Origin: Candidatus Woesearchaeota archaeon
GTDB lineage: Archaea > Nanobdellota > Nanobdellia > UBA10117 > ARS21
Assembly (NCBI GenBank): GCA_964344705.1
Contig: CAYFOG010000001.1
Span: forward strand, 48,984-112,983
DNA length: 64,000 nucleotides
Reading direction: 5' to 3'
The notes under the pieces are model-generated. The model ran no database searches. It was given only the letters and a program-made list of their open reading frames with translations, and was not told the origin of the DNA. This document shows positions 19,244-28,749 of the stretch, one piece after another. Each line of letters opens with the position of its first letter. The stretch's first letter is position 1. Both the position numbers and the translations under genes were made by a program.

Positions 19244-19867
19244 ATGATCAAAGTACTGGTTTTTGATTTCTCAGGAGTACTATACGGTTCAAGATTTGAA
19301 ATGCTTACAAAATCTTTGATAAATGTTGTACCTGGATTGGAAAGTGATAAAATTATTGAGACTTTTTATAACAAATACAATGATTATAAATCAGGAACTT
19401 TGACTGAGTCAACTTTTTGGAACGAAGTTTTTTCAATACTTGAAGTTCCTCGAGATAAAGCTTCAAAAATAACCAAGATAATTTTTGACAAAGGAATTTT
19501 CACTGAAAACGAATATTTGCTTGGGCAAATTGAAGAGCTCTCCAAGAAATACAAGATTGCAGTTTTATCAAATAGTTCAAGAGAGATGGAATGGATTTTT
19601 GATGATTCAGAATACCATAAATTTTTTGATGGATTTTTCTGGAGTCATAAATTTGGGGCTCGCAAACCCGATGAAAAATTCTATAACGCAGTTGTGGAAA
19701 AATATAAAGTGAAACCTTCTGAGATTTTATTTTTTGATGACAAAGTGAGAAACACTTCAGCAGCAGATGAACTCGGTTGGAACACTGTAATATTCACTCC
19801 AGAAATTTATAATAGTGAAGATTTGTTCTTGAAAGAATTAGAAAAATTCAGAATTAAATCCAATTAA
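19244..19867 (+). CDS. HAD-superfamily hydrolase
   Basis: Motif I VFDFSGVLY, motif IV FFDDKVRN. Confidence 0.65.
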   Translation: MIKVLVFDFSGVLYGSRFEMLTKSLINVVPGLESDKIIETFYNKYNDYKSGTLTESTFWNEVFSILEVPRDKASKITKIIFDKGIFTENEYLLGQIEELSKKYKIAVLSNSSREMEWIFDDSEYHKFFDGFFWSHKFGARKPDEKFYNAVVEKYKVKPSEILFFDDKVRNTSAADELGWNTVIFTPEIYNSEDLFLKELEKFRIKSN

Positions 19868-20837
19868 CTTTAACTTGATCAGTTCGCCATTTTCCATCAA
19901 CTTCAGTTTCTGAAATTTTTTGACGTTTTCCTGCACTATATTCAACAATTCCTTGCCAGGCAATCATTGCGCCCTGGTCTCCAGAAAGTTCTCGAGGACA
20001 TACTTTAAATTTTACTCCGCGAACTTTACACATTGTTTCAAGCATTTTTGTTAATCTTTTGTTTGCTGCAACACCTCCCGTTAGAAGAACTTCATTTTTC
20101 CCAATATGTGCAACAGCTCTTTCGGTAGCTTCAGTAAGCATTGCGAAAACTGTTTCCTGCGTTGAAAATGCTAAATCTTCATTTGAATATTTTTTTCTTT
20201 CAACTAGTTGTCTTATTTTTGTTTGAATTCCGGCAAATGAGAAATCCATTCCTTTAATGCTGTATGGAATTTCAACATAATTTTTTCCTTTTGATGCGAG
20301 TTTTTCAATTGCTGGACCTCCGGGAAAACCCGTTCCCATAAATCTACCAACCGTGTCTAAGAATTTTCCTACACCGATGTCAAGAGTTTCTCCGAAAACA
20401 CGATATCTGTTTCCGGCGTAAGCGATAATTTGAGTGTTGGCTCCTGAAACATAAAGCGTAACTGGATCTTTCAAACCCGTTTTTTGTTTTCCAATTTCAA
20501 TATGTGCGACACAATGATTTACTCCGACTAAAGGAATGTCCAAAAGTTTGGATAATGTTCTCGCAGTAACTGCGCCAGTTCGGAGAGTTTGCCCCAGTCC
20601 GGGACCTTGAGAAAATGCAATTAAATCAATATCAGAAAGTTTCAGTTTTGCTTCCTTTAATGCGGACTTAATTAGTTCATCGCAAAGAACAACATGATGT
20701 TGGGCTGCTTTGATTGGATGTATTCCTCCCTTTTCCGTAGTGTACATGCTACGTTGGTTTGCTAGAACTTTTCCTTTGTCAGTTACGATACCGATACCAA
20801 AAGTATGGGCTGTTGATTCAATCCCCAAACATATCAT
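19854..20837 (-). CDS. kae1: tRNA N6-adenosine threonylcarbamoyltransferase Kae1 (stand-alone, not fused to Bud32)
   Basis: MICLGIESTAHTFGIGIV, HCVAHIEIG metal-binding motifs. The track start at 20858 is a TTG; the ATG is at 20837. Confidence 0.85.
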   Translation of the reverse strand: MICLGIESTAHTFGIGIVTDKGKVLANQRSMYTTEKGGIHPIKAAQHHVVLCDELIKSALKEAKLKLSDIDLIAFSQGPGLGQTLRTGAVTARTLSKLLDIPLVGVNHCVAHIEIGKQKTGLKDPVTLYVSGANTQIIAYAGNRYRVFGETLDIGVGKFLDTVGRFMGTGFPGGPAIEKLASKGKNYVEIPYSIKGMDFSFAGIQTKIRQLVERKKYSNEDLAFSTQETVFAMLTEATERAVAHIGKNEVLLTGGVAANKRLTKMLETMCKVRGVKFKVCPRELSGDQGAMIAWQGIVEYSAGKRQKISETEVDGKWRTDQVKVNWI

Positions 20838-20860
20838 ATTATTATGAAACTGAGCCAAAT

Positions 20861-21775
20861 TTATAAAATAAGCGGCAAAACCAAAGTTGCATCACCTTCA
20901 ACAGTGATATGATTTGCTTCTTCTTTGACTTTTCCCCAAGAGATTGCTTCTCTTGTTTGTGCTCCGCTTAATGAACCATCATATTCTACTGCTGTGCTAA
21001 CTTGAACAGCGTAATCCAATCCATCTCTGAATTGATTAAACCATATAACGTGATGTTTTGAGATTCCACCACCAAGCATTATTGCTCCAGCTTTTTTTGC
21101 TTCGGTTACTCGGACGTAGAAATCTTGATCATCTTCAAACAAGTTTAGTTTGAAATCTTTGTTCATTTGCCAGTAATTCCAAAGTTGTGCGCCCCAAGCT
21201 CCGTCAAGAGGTCCAGGTAAATATACTGGAATTTTGTTTTTCCAAGCCCAGTAAATTATTGTATCTTCTGCGCCTTTTTCATTTTGGATTGCTTCTCCGA
21301 AAGCCCAAATCAATTCATGAATTGACCATTCTTTTCTTTCTGAGTGAAGCTTTTTGATTATTGGTTGAAGTTTATCTTCCAGAACTTCACCATAACATTC
21401 ATTTGGAATTAATACATTTCCAAGTCGATTGATTCCTTGCTTGTGTAATTCTTTGTCGTCCATCATGAAGGAACCTTGATAATAATCTTTCCACAATCTT
21501 GCTAAGTCGTGATCCAGTGTTCCGCAAGTTGTCATAATTGCGTCAACTTTTTTGTTCTTAACTAAATCTCGAATTATTCCTCTTGTTCCGGTTGAAACAA
21601 TACAGGCAGGATGACTTAGAATTTTGAAACAATCTTTGTCAGATTGCATGTTCTTAATAATTTTTGAAGCCTTTGCAACTTTTGATGCAGAGAAGCCACC
21701 CGCTTCAGAAAATTGATTAATTAATTCTTTGATAGTCGTGTTCTCATTAATGTTTAAATCGTTGACAGTTTTCAT
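20861..21775 (-). CDS. dys: Deoxyhypusine synthase
   Basis: GGGISKHH motif, NAD-binding fold, 304 aa. Confidence 0.8.
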   Translation of the reverse strand: MKTVNDLNINENTTIKELINQFSEAGGFSASKVAKASKIIKNMQSDKDCFKILSHPACIVSTGTRGIIRDLVKNKKVDAIMTTCGTLDHDLARLWKDYYQGSFMMDDKELHKQGINRLGNVLIPNECYGEVLEDKLQPIIKKLHSERKEWSIHELIWAFGEAIQNEKGAEDTIIYWAWKNKIPVYLPGPLDGAWGAQLWNYWQMNKDFKLNLFEDDQDFYVRVTEAKKAGAIMLGGGISKHHVIWFNQFRDGLDYAVQVSTAVEYDGSLSGAQTREAISWGKVKEEANHITVEGDATLVLPLIL

Positions 21776-21781
21776 AATTGT

Positions 21782-21979
21782 TTATTCAGAAGGTTTTTCT
21801 TCTTGTTTTTGAGTGTTAGATTCTGTATGTCCTGTTACACCGCAATGTTTTCTGTCTTTGTGTACAGCCATGAACAGACCGTTATCTTTTGGTGATCGAG
21901 GGTTCTTTCGGATTAGTTGTCCGTCTTTAACTTCGTAAAGCTTCCATCTTTGATATGCTGGTTTCTTTTCTTCTGCCAT
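21782..21979 (-). CDS. rps27ae: 30S ribosomal protein S27ae (Zn-finger cysteines largely lost)
   Basis: YEVKDGQLIRK...GLFMAVHKDRKHCG matches the S27ae core, but only one of the four Zn-ligand Cys is present. Lies downstream of rps24e as in other archaea. Confidence 0.65.
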   Translation of the reverse strand: MAEEKKPAYQRWKLYEVKDGQLIRKNPRSPKDNGLFMAVHKDRKHCGVTGHTESNTQKQEEKPSE

Positions 21980-22407
21980 TATTCAGCTGATTCCTCTTTT
22001 TTTGTTTCTGTAGCTTCTGCCTCAATTACTTCTTCAGCAACAGTCTCTTCTGCTGGTGCTTCGGCTGTAGATTTTTCTTCAGCCTTTTTTGTCTCAGCTT
22101 CTTCAGCAGCTTTCTTTTCTGCTTCGAATGCTTTTTCTCTACGTGCTGCAAAGTGTTTGTTTTCAATTCTTGAAATTACTTCAGCGTTGTCGTAGATGTA
22201 GAATTTCGCTAAACTTTTGTTTGCGCCGAATTCAGTTTTCATTTTCTTTAGAACAATTTGCTCAGCTGGTGCTTTGAATTTTACTGACATGAATTTGTAT
22301 AATTCTGCGCGTGAAGGAGTTTGAGATTTATTATGATCAATTTCTAGATTAATCTCTTTACGTGAGAACAATTTATTTTCTGTTTCTTGTAATACTTTTG
22401 TTTTCAT
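21979..22407 (-). CDS. rps24e: 30S ribosomal protein S24e with an A/E/K-rich C-terminal extension
   Basis: N-terminal S24e fold (ENKLFSRKEINLEIDH...TPSRAEL), conserved neighbourhood spt4-rps24e-rps27ae. Confidence 0.8.
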   Translation of the reverse strand: MKTKVLQETENKLFSRKEINLEIDHNKSQTPSRAELYKFMSVKFKAPAEQIVLKKMKTEFGANKSLAKFYIYDNAEVISRIENKHFAARREKAFEAEKKAAEEAETKKAEEKSTAEAPAEETVAEEVIEAEATETKKEESAE

Positions 22408-22408
22408 T

Positions 22409-22555
22409 TTATCTTAATCCATACTCTCCAGGTTTGGAGATTTTAGCCTTTTTGGCGATTTCTGATTCTTCAGGATGAAATACAACCAGTCGACCTTTCC
22501 AAGTTTCTGATTCTTTCAATCCCTTTGCGATTATTGGTAATTTTTTCTTTGCCAT
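22409..22555 (-). CDS. spt4: Transcription elongation factor Spt4 (RpoE''), apparently zinc-free variant
   Basis: WKGRLVVFHPEESEIAKKAKISKPGEYGL matches the Spt4 core. Position is immediately downstream of rpoE' and upstream of rps24e. The N-terminal Cys4 ligands are absent. The track start is a TTG at 22618; the ATG is at 22555. Confidence 0.6.
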   Translation of the reverse strand: MAKKKLPIIAKGLKESETWKGRLVVFHPEESEIAKKAKISKPGEYGLR

Positions 22556-22556
22556 T

Positions 22557-23117
22557 TTAATTAGTAGTAGCTTTAGACTCAACCTTTCGGATTTCATCAA
22601 GCCACTCCGATTTTCCAAGGTATGGCTGACGCATAGTCATACCAATCTTTGGTTCTTGTGTGTTCTTGATGCTTACGGCAATAATTCTTGCACGTACTTT
22701 ATCTTTAATTTTCAGTACTTTCTTTGAGTCCTTTCCAAGAAGAGTACCTTCTTTGCTGAATGATACGAAGTCGTCCATTGTTTGTGAGATGTGAATCATT
22801 CCCTCAAACGGTCCAAAGTCAACAAACGCTCCGAATTTTGCGATGTCCTTAACTTCACCTTCAACAAGATCATTTGTTTCAGGTAAATAGTGAACAACGT
22901 TGAATGTTACGTTGTGGAATGCTGCTCCATCACCATGGATTATGATTCCATCTTCAATATTTTTAACGTCTTGAATTGCGATTACTCTTCCAAGTTGATC
23001 AATTACTCGGTTTTCGTAATTTTGTCTAAGCTCTTCAGTTACAACTTTCTTTAAATCTTCACTGAATCGACTCGGATCAACTCGTACAACGCCTTCGACT
23101 GCGGATTTGTAATACAT
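22557..23117 (-). CDS. rpoE: DNA-directed RNA polymerase subunit E' (Rpb7 homolog)
   Basis: N-terminal Rpb7 domain plus S1 domain (GEVKDIAKFGAFVDFGPFEGMIH), 186 aa. Confidence 0.85.
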   Translation of the reverse strand: MYYKSAVEGVVRVDPSRFSEDLKKVVTEELRQNYENRVIDQLGRVIAIQDVKNIEDGIIIHGDGAAFHNVTFNVVHYLPETNDLVEGEVKDIAKFGAFVDFGPFEGMIHISQTMDDFVSFSKEGTLLGKDSKKVLKIKDKVRARIIAVSIKNTQEPKIGMTMRQPYLGKSEWLDEIRKVESKATTN

Positions 23118-23144
23118 CGTAGTTTTGATGTGATTGGTAGCTTT

Positions 23145-23522
23145 TTAAACGTTTCTAATCAGTTTTTTACTAATTGTGAATATTTGTACAGATTCGTCCT
23201 TTAGGCGCTTTTTGAGTATTCGGTCATTAGTAAGGACTGCAAAGTTCTTAGATTTTGCAAATTCCAATATTTTGTCATCAGGGTGACCTCTTCCAAGATA
23301 AACTGTATCTACTTTTGAGAATTTGATTATTTGGAGTGCTAATTTTGCTGCATTTTTATCTACACCTTTTTGATTTTTATCATTTTGAATTGATTCCAAT
23401 TCTTTCAAAACTTCTTGTGGAATTATAATTTTTGTGAAGCCCATTTTTTTGAGTTCTGTGATTACATCTACTTTTGCCTTTGCAGCATAAATTAATGAAT
23501 TCGTATCAATTACGATTTGCAT
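23145..23522 (-). CDS. PIN-domain protein (Fcf1/Nob1-like small nuclease fold)
   Basis: IVIDTNSLIYA with conserved acidic positions; the ATG at 23522 is preferred. Confidence 0.6.
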   Translation of the reverse strand: MQIVIDTNSLIYAAKAKVDVITELKKMGFTKIIIPQEVLKELESIQNDKNQKGVDKNAAKLALQIIKFSKVDTVYLGRGHPDDKILEFAKSKNFAVLTNDRILKKRLKDESVQIFTISKKLIRNV

Positions 23523-23570
23523 GAGTATAATTTTCGAATGCCTTATTAAAACGTATTGATATGACTCTTT

Positions 23571-24056
23571 ATGTTGAAAGCCCAAAAAGCAAAAGAGTTG
23601 TATGATAAGACTGCCAAGCTATACAATCCACGATATCGAAGAACTCAATTTGAGAAATACAAAATTGCTCTACATGATCAATTGCTTGATGGAGAGATTT
23701 TAGATTTAGGTTCAGGAACTGGATTGTTGTCTAAATTTTTGGGAAAGAGAATTCATCAAGTTGATGTTTCGAAAGGAATGCTACTTTTGAGTCGCGGACG
23801 CAGAGTTCAAGCAAATATTGAGAAGCTCCCTTTTCGAGCAAACAAATTTGATTATGTTTTGAGTTTCTCTGCTTTAATGAATGCTGAAAATCCTAATGCC
23901 GCCATCAAAGAAGTTAAGAGAGTTTTGAAGCCGGGAGGAACGTTCATTGTAACATACTTGAAAAGTTTTGATTTTTCTGAAGAACTGAGAAGGCATTTCA
24001 AATTAATTGATTCTCGTGACTGTGGAGAAGATGTTTGTTTTATTTTGAAGAACTAA
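23571..24056 (+). CDS. Class I SAM-dependent methyltransferase
   Basis: Motif I ILDLGSGTGLL, motif post-II LKPGGTFIVT. Confidence 0.65.
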   Translation: MLKAQKAKELYDKTAKLYNPRYRRTQFEKYKIALHDQLLDGEILDLGSGTGLLSKFLGKRIHQVDVSKGMLLLSRGRRVQANIEKLPFRANKFDYVLSFSALMNAENPNAAIKEVKRVLKPGGTFIVTYLKSFDFSEELRRHFKLIDSRDCGEDVCFILKN

Positions 24057-24625
24057 ACACGAACAAACAATTTGTATCGGTCACCGTCTTCAAGTTCAAA
24101 CAGAATTCTATCTATGATTGCTTTCTTTGGATTTGGAACTGCTTTAACTCTTTCTGTAATCTCTTCAAAAGATTTGAAAGGTTCAATTGTTCTTTGTTCT
24201 AAAATTTCTCGAGAGTGTCTTTTACCAATTCCTGGAAGTAATTCTAGTTGGTGAGATCTCAATGAAATTGGTCCAGAGTTGTTGTAGAAGTTAATATATT
24301 TCTCTTCGTTTTCTGTAACTAATTTTTCAACCATGAAATTTAATTCTCTCTTTGCTGTTTGAGTTAATTTACTAACTTGTAAAGCCCCTTTAATATAAGC
24401 AATATCTGGACGCTCATCGTCACCAATATAAACTTCATCATGAGGTTTGAAGCTTTTTTCAGGCTTTGGAACAAGCTCTAAAAGTACAAAATGATCTTTT
24501 CCAAGTGCTTGGATTATTGACTCTTTTTGATGAAAAGGTCTAGAATCAGAAGAATAACCGTTCTTGAGAAAATCGAGTACTATTGCATGTTCTTCCTTTG
24601 CTCTTCGTGGTCTTTCTTGATTCAT
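24053..24625 (-). CDS. COG1491/DUF655-like predicted RNA-binding protein with helix-hairpin-helix
   Basis: HhH motif LELLPGIGKRHSREIL; conserved archaeal position downstream of rpl21e-rpoF. Confidence 0.5.
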   Translation of the reverse strand: MNQERPRRAKEEHAIVLDFLKNGYSSDSRPFHQKESIIQALGKDHFVLLELVPKPEKSFKPHDEVYIGDDERPDIAYIKGALQVSKLTQTAKRELNFMVEKLVTENEEKYINFYNNSGPISLRSHQLELLPGIGKRHSREILEQRTIEPFKSFEEITERVKAVPNPKKAIIDRILFELEDGDRYKLFVRV

Positions 24626-24646
24626 TTCGAATTTCTCCTGTGGTTT

Positions 24647-24982
24647 TCATTGGGCTTTTATGATGTCAAGAATCTTTTTGAGATTCTCTTTTGTGACTGT
24701 TATTTGTTTTCCAGCGAATATTGTGTTAAGTTCGCCTTCGTTTTTTGGTAACACGTTTGCGATTTCAACAGTTGCTTCTTCAGTCATTCGAGGGATGTCT
24801 GCTGACTTAAGCTCCTTTACTAGTTTAGCCGCTGAAGCTTTATTAAGCTTATTAAATCGTGTTGCAAAGTCCTTTATCTTTTGCTGACTTCCACTCAATT
24901 CTCCTTTCTTTTCTAGATTGTCAAGTGTTTCTTTGACCTCAGCAATTGTTAGAGGTGTTTTGCTTATGATTTGTACTTCCAT
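24647..24982 (-). CDS. rpoF: DNA-directed RNA polymerase subunit F (Rpb4 homolog)
   Basis: 111-aa helical protein directly downstream of rpl21e (conserved pair); HRDC-like C-terminus. Confidence 0.65.
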   Translation of the reverse strand: MEVQIISKTPLTIAEVKETLDNLEKKGELSGSQQKIKDFATRFNKLNKASAAKLVKELKSADIPRMTEEATVEIANVLPKNEGELNTIFAGKQITVTKENLKKILDIIKAQ

Positions 24983-24983
24983 T

Positions 24984-25292
24984 TTATTTTTGTCTTACTA
25001 AATGTACTGCTCGGGCAATAACTTTTTTAGGTTTATTACCATCTTTGATTTGTAGTAAGTATGAATTTTTCCCTTCTTTTGATAAGATTTTTCCAATCAA
25101 GTTTCGGAATCTTGGATGAGGCATTCCTTTTTGTACTGCAGGTTCTTGGATTATTCTAACTTTTTCTCCGACTTCGAATTTTCTTAAGAGTCGTGAGATA
25201 GTTACTTTTCCATGTGTTCCTGCTTGTTTTCTCAGTTTGCTTCTGGTTCCAGAACGAAATCCGCCCTTTCTTCCAGTTCCTGCTCCTGCCAT
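24984..25292 (-). CDS. rpl21e: 50S ribosomal protein L21e
   Basis: GTRSKLRK...GKVTISRLLRKFEVGEKV matches the L21e signature. Confidence 0.85.
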   Translation of the reverse strand: MAGAGTGRKGGFRSGTRSKLRKQAGTHGKVTISRLLRKFEVGEKVRIIQEPAVQKGMPHPRFRNLIGKILSKEGKNSYLLQIKDGNKPKKVIARAVHLVRQK

Positions 25293-25328
25293 GATTTATC
25301 CTATAATATTGTGTTTTTAAAGGTTTCT

Positions 25329-26687
25329 CTAAAACATTCCTGGCAACTTAGGCATGCCTTTCTTTCCCATCAATTTCTGCATTCTTGCAAATTTTTTAGA
25401 TTGTCCAGAGAATGCTTTCATCATTTTCTTCATTTGCTTATACTGTTTTATTAAATCTCGCATTTCTGATTCGTCTCTACCTGAACCTTTTGCGATTCTT
25501 TGAATTCTTGATTCATTCATTAATGAAGGATTGTCTTTTTCTTTTTGAGTCATTGAATCCATTAAGTATTTCCAAACTTTCATGTTCTCTTCTTGCTCTT
25601 TCAATTGATCCTTTGGAATATTCATTTTTCCCATTCCCGGAATCATGTTTGCAACTTGTCCAAGAGGCCCCATTTTTTTCAGCGCCTCCATTTGATTGTA
25701 CAAATCAGTAAAAGAAATTTCTCCTTTCATGATATTTTTTGCAGCCTTTTCTGCGGTTTCTTGATCAATTGCTTCGCTAGCTTTTTCTAAGAGCGTTTCA
25801 AGATCTCCCATTCCCAAAATTCTGGAAACGAAATTCTTAGGTTTGAATTCTTCAATAGCATCAAGTTTTTCTCCGATTCCAATGAAAGTTACTTTTGCCT
25901 TTGTTGCTGCAGCTGCTGAAAGTGCTCCACCACCTTTTGCGGTACCGTCAAGTTTTGTAACAATAACTCCCGTTACTCCAACTGCTTTGTGGAAAGATTC
26001 AGCTGTTTTTTGAGCTGCTTGTCCTATGTCTCCCGACAGAACTAAAAGTTTAGTTTGAGCTTGAACTGCCTTGTCAATAGATTTGATTTCACTTGTCAAT
26101 TCATCATTTAATGCGTCTCGACCTGCTGTGTCTATAATTACAACTTCATATTTTTCTAAGTCTTTCTTGACTGCGTTGTAAATTTTTGTAGGATTTCTTT
26201 CTTTTGCGTCTCCGTAGAAATCAATTTTCAAAACATCAGCCAATTGTTTTAATTGAGCATAAGCTGCTGGTCTCCAAGTGTCTGTTTGAACAAGTGCGAT
26301 TTTCTTTCCTCGTTTCTTGTATAATTTTGCAAGTTTTCCCGCAGTAGTAGTTTTACCAGAACCGAATAATCCAACTAGCATAATTTTTGTTGGTTTGTTT
26401 TCTGTTGGAATTTCCTCAAATTCCTTTCCTAAAAGATTAGTTAATTCTTCATAAACAATGTTGACAGTATGTTCTCTTGCAGTTAATCCGCCAGCCACTT
26501 TTTCTTTAAGTGCTCGCTTTTCAATATTTTTTGCTATATCTCGAGCAAGTTCAATTGAAACGTCTGCTGAAATCAGAGATTTCTTGATTTCTGAGCAGAG
26601 TTCTTCTACTGCTTCCTTGTCAACTTTACCTGAAGTCAGCTTTTTTAGAGCGTTTTTCAGAGAGTCAGATAACTTATCTAAGACCAT
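25329..26687 (-). CDS. srp54: Signal recognition particle protein SRP54
   Basis: N domain, G domain (GLFGSGKTTTAGKLA, DTAGR) and Met-rich M domain. Confidence 0.9.
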   Translation of the reverse strand: MVLDKLSDSLKNALKKLTSGKVDKEAVEELCSEIKKSLISADVSIELARDIAKNIEKRALKEKVAGGLTAREHTVNIVYEELTNLLGKEFEEIPTENKPTKIMLVGLFGSGKTTTAGKLAKLYKKRGKKIALVQTDTWRPAAYAQLKQLADVLKIDFYGDAKERNPTKIYNAVKKDLEKYEVVIIDTAGRDALNDELTSEIKSIDKAVQAQTKLLVLSGDIGQAAQKTAESFHKAVGVTGVIVTKLDGTAKGGGALSAAAATKAKVTFIGIGEKLDAIEEFKPKNFVSRILGMGDLETLLEKASEAIDQETAEKAAKNIMKGEISFTDLYNQMEALKKMGPLGQVANMIPGMGKMNIPKDQLKEQEENMKVWKYLMDSMTQKEKDNPSLMNESRIQRIAKGSGRDESEMRDLIKQYKQMKKMMKAFSGQSKKFARMQKLMGKKGMPKLPGMF

Positions 26688-26724
26688 ATTTATCTCGGAT
26701 TTTAGGGCTTTTTAAGCGTTTAGA

Positions 26725-27648
26725 TTATAAAATTTGTTTAATTATTTCGTCGGCACTGAATTCTTTCAAATCCTTATATTCTTGACCAATTCCCAAGAAA
26801 AGTATTGGTTTTCCAGTCTCATGCGCTACTGAAATTATTGCTCCGCCTCTTTCGTCAGCGTCAGCTTTTGTTAAAATTACTCCGTCAATACCAATTTTTT
26901 CTCCGAAGAGTTTTGCTTGATCAACTGCGTCATTTCCAGTAAGAGAATCAACAACTAATATTGTAAAATCTGGTTTGGAAACTCGCTTGACTTTTTCAAG
27001 TTCTCGCATTAAGTCTTCATTTGCGTGACTTCTTCCTGCTGTGTCGATTAAAACATAATCCAATTTCTTTGCCTTTGCATGTTCAATTGCGTCGAATGCA
27101 ACTGCTGCCGCGTCTGAACCATAACTGTGTTTGATTAAATTGATTTTAAGTTTGTCAGCATGTTCTTGAATTTGCTCAATCGCTGCTGCTCGGAAAGTAT
27201 CTCCCGCAGCCATAACAACTTTCTTCTTTTTCCTTTGAAGATGTGATGCAAGTTTTGCAAGAGTTGTAGTTTTACCAACACCATTAACTCCGACAAACAT
27301 TATTTTGATTGGCTTGTCGCCTTTGTAAATATCAATTGCTTCTGCTGAGAGAATTTCTTTCAGTTTTTTCTCAAGAGTTTTCTTCAGTTCCTTCGGTTTT
27401 GATTCTTTGATTGTTTCTTTCAATTCTTCAGTTACTGAATAAGCAACATTGTTTACTAGAAGTTCTTCTTCAAGCTCATCCAGAATTTTTCTTAGTTTGG
27501 ATTTTTCTAGATTTTTGATAACATTTAATTTTGATACAAAAGAAGGTTTCTTTTCTTTCTTAGATTTCTCTTCCTTTACTGGTTTTTTTGTTTCCTTTTC
27601 TACGTTTTTCTTTACTTTTGAGAAAACGGATTTCAATCGTCCTAACAT
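26725..27648 (-). CDS. ftsY: SRP receptor FtsY
   Basis: NG domain GVNGVGKTTT, DTAGR, with a K/E-rich N-terminal region. Confidence 0.9.
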   Translation of the reverse strand: MLGRLKSVFSKVKKNVEKETKKPVKEEKSKKEKKPSFVSKLNVIKNLEKSKLRKILDELEEELLVNNVAYSVTEELKETIKESKPKELKKTLEKKLKEILSAEAIDIYKGDKPIKIMFVGVNGVGKTTTLAKLASHLQRKKKKVVMAAGDTFRAAAIEQIQEHADKLKINLIKHSYGSDAAAVAFDAIEHAKAKKLDYVLIDTAGRSHANEDLMRELEKVKRVSKPDFTILVVDSLTGNDAVDQAKLFGEKIGIDGVILTKADADERGGAIISVAHETGKPILFLGIGQEYKDLKEFSADEIIKQIL

Positions 27649-27674
27649 AATTTACCTTTAATTTAGAGTTTAAA

Positions 27675-28064
27675 TTACTTGTTTTCCTGCATAATTTCTT
27701 TTTGTAGTTTTGTTTGAATTTCAACAATTCTTGCTTGGAGTTTGTTTAAATGTTCGACTGTTGTTTTTTCTGCAGCTTCTAAATTCTTTGTTCGTTCTTT
27801 TACAAGTTTTTGAATTTCGGTTTTTGTTTTTTCTACAAAATTTCCCGCACCAATATTAACCATGAATTTTAAATCATCAGTAATTTTTGTGTTGTAATAA
27901 ATTCCCGCTCCAATCGGAGTAAATAGTTTTTGTCCTTTCTTCAAATTATCAATAGTTTCAACTAAATGTTTCACTTCAACTTTTTGTTTTTGAAAATGTT
28001 CTAAATCTGAATGATGTTTTTGCATTTGCTGCTGAATCATCTGAAATTCCATTTGTTCATTCAT
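27675..28064 (-). CDS. pfdA: Prefoldin alpha subunit
   Basis: Coiled coil - beta hairpin - coiled coil, in the conserved position between eif6 and ftsY. The ATG at 28064 abuts the eif6 stop. Confidence 0.7.
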   Translation of the reverse strand: MNEQMEFQMIQQQMQKHHSDLEHFQKQKVEVKHLVETIDNLKKGQKLFTPIGAGIYYNTKITDDLKFMVNIGAGNFVEKTKTEIQKLVKERTKNLEAAEKTTVEHLNKLQARIVEIQTKLQKEIMQENK

Positions 28065-28065
28065 T

Positions 28066-28749
28066 TTATTTACCAATAAATCCTAGGCTTTCGTCAATTC
28101 TACCGATTTCGAAACCTGAAGAGTTAGAGCTTACTAAGAAGCCATTTGAGTTTGCGATTATACCAGAACTTACGATTGAACTTCCAGTACTAACTGTTCC
28201 AATTCCAACTTCAAATTTTAAATATTTCTCAAGCTCTTTTACGCTTGGATTTGAAGTTATTGAACCAAAAATTGCTCCTTTATTTGTCATAACTCCGTAT
28301 GCGCCTGGAACATTACTTTCTGCTATTTTTATTTTTTTGACTTTGACTTTTAACTCAGTTTCAATTTTCTTAGCTTGTGCATCTGAAAAATCATCACTAA
28401 TAATTGCGTATTTATCGTTTGATAGAATTGTGTTTCCTAAAGCAGTATGAACTGTCTTAAATTTTTTAACTTCAACAATTCCTTTTAGTTGTTTTTTTAG
28501 AGATTTAAATTCTTCATCAAAAATTATATCTGGAACCAATAGTGTGTTTTTGTTTGCAACACAGAAAATTCCTGCGAAAGGCGTTCCGTAAATCTTTGAA
28601 GTTATGATTGGAACTCCAAGAACTTCTTTCAATAGTTCTGTTTGCTTCTTGTTTAATTTTTCTCCTAGAAGAACAAAAGAATCTGTTGCTACTGCATACA
28701 GACCAATGTTTGGATCTCCCTTAAAATTTGCTTTATCTACGTGAACCAT
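28066..28749 (-). CDS. eif6: Translation initiation factor 6 (aIF6)
   Basis: Five-fold pseudo-repeat, NIGLYAVATDSFVL and VANKNTLLVP motifs. Confidence 0.85.
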   Translation of the reverse strand: MVHVDKANFKGDPNIGLYAVATDSFVLLGEKLNKKQTELLKEVLGVPIITSKIYGTPFAGIFCVANKNTLLVPDIIFDEEFKSLKKQLKGIVEVKKFKTVHTALGNTILSNDKYAIISDDFSDAQAKKIETELKVKVKKIKIAESNVPGAYGVMTNKGAIFGSITSNPSVKELEKYLKFEVGIGTVSTGSSIVSSGIIANSNGFLVSSNSSGFEIGRIDESLGFIGK

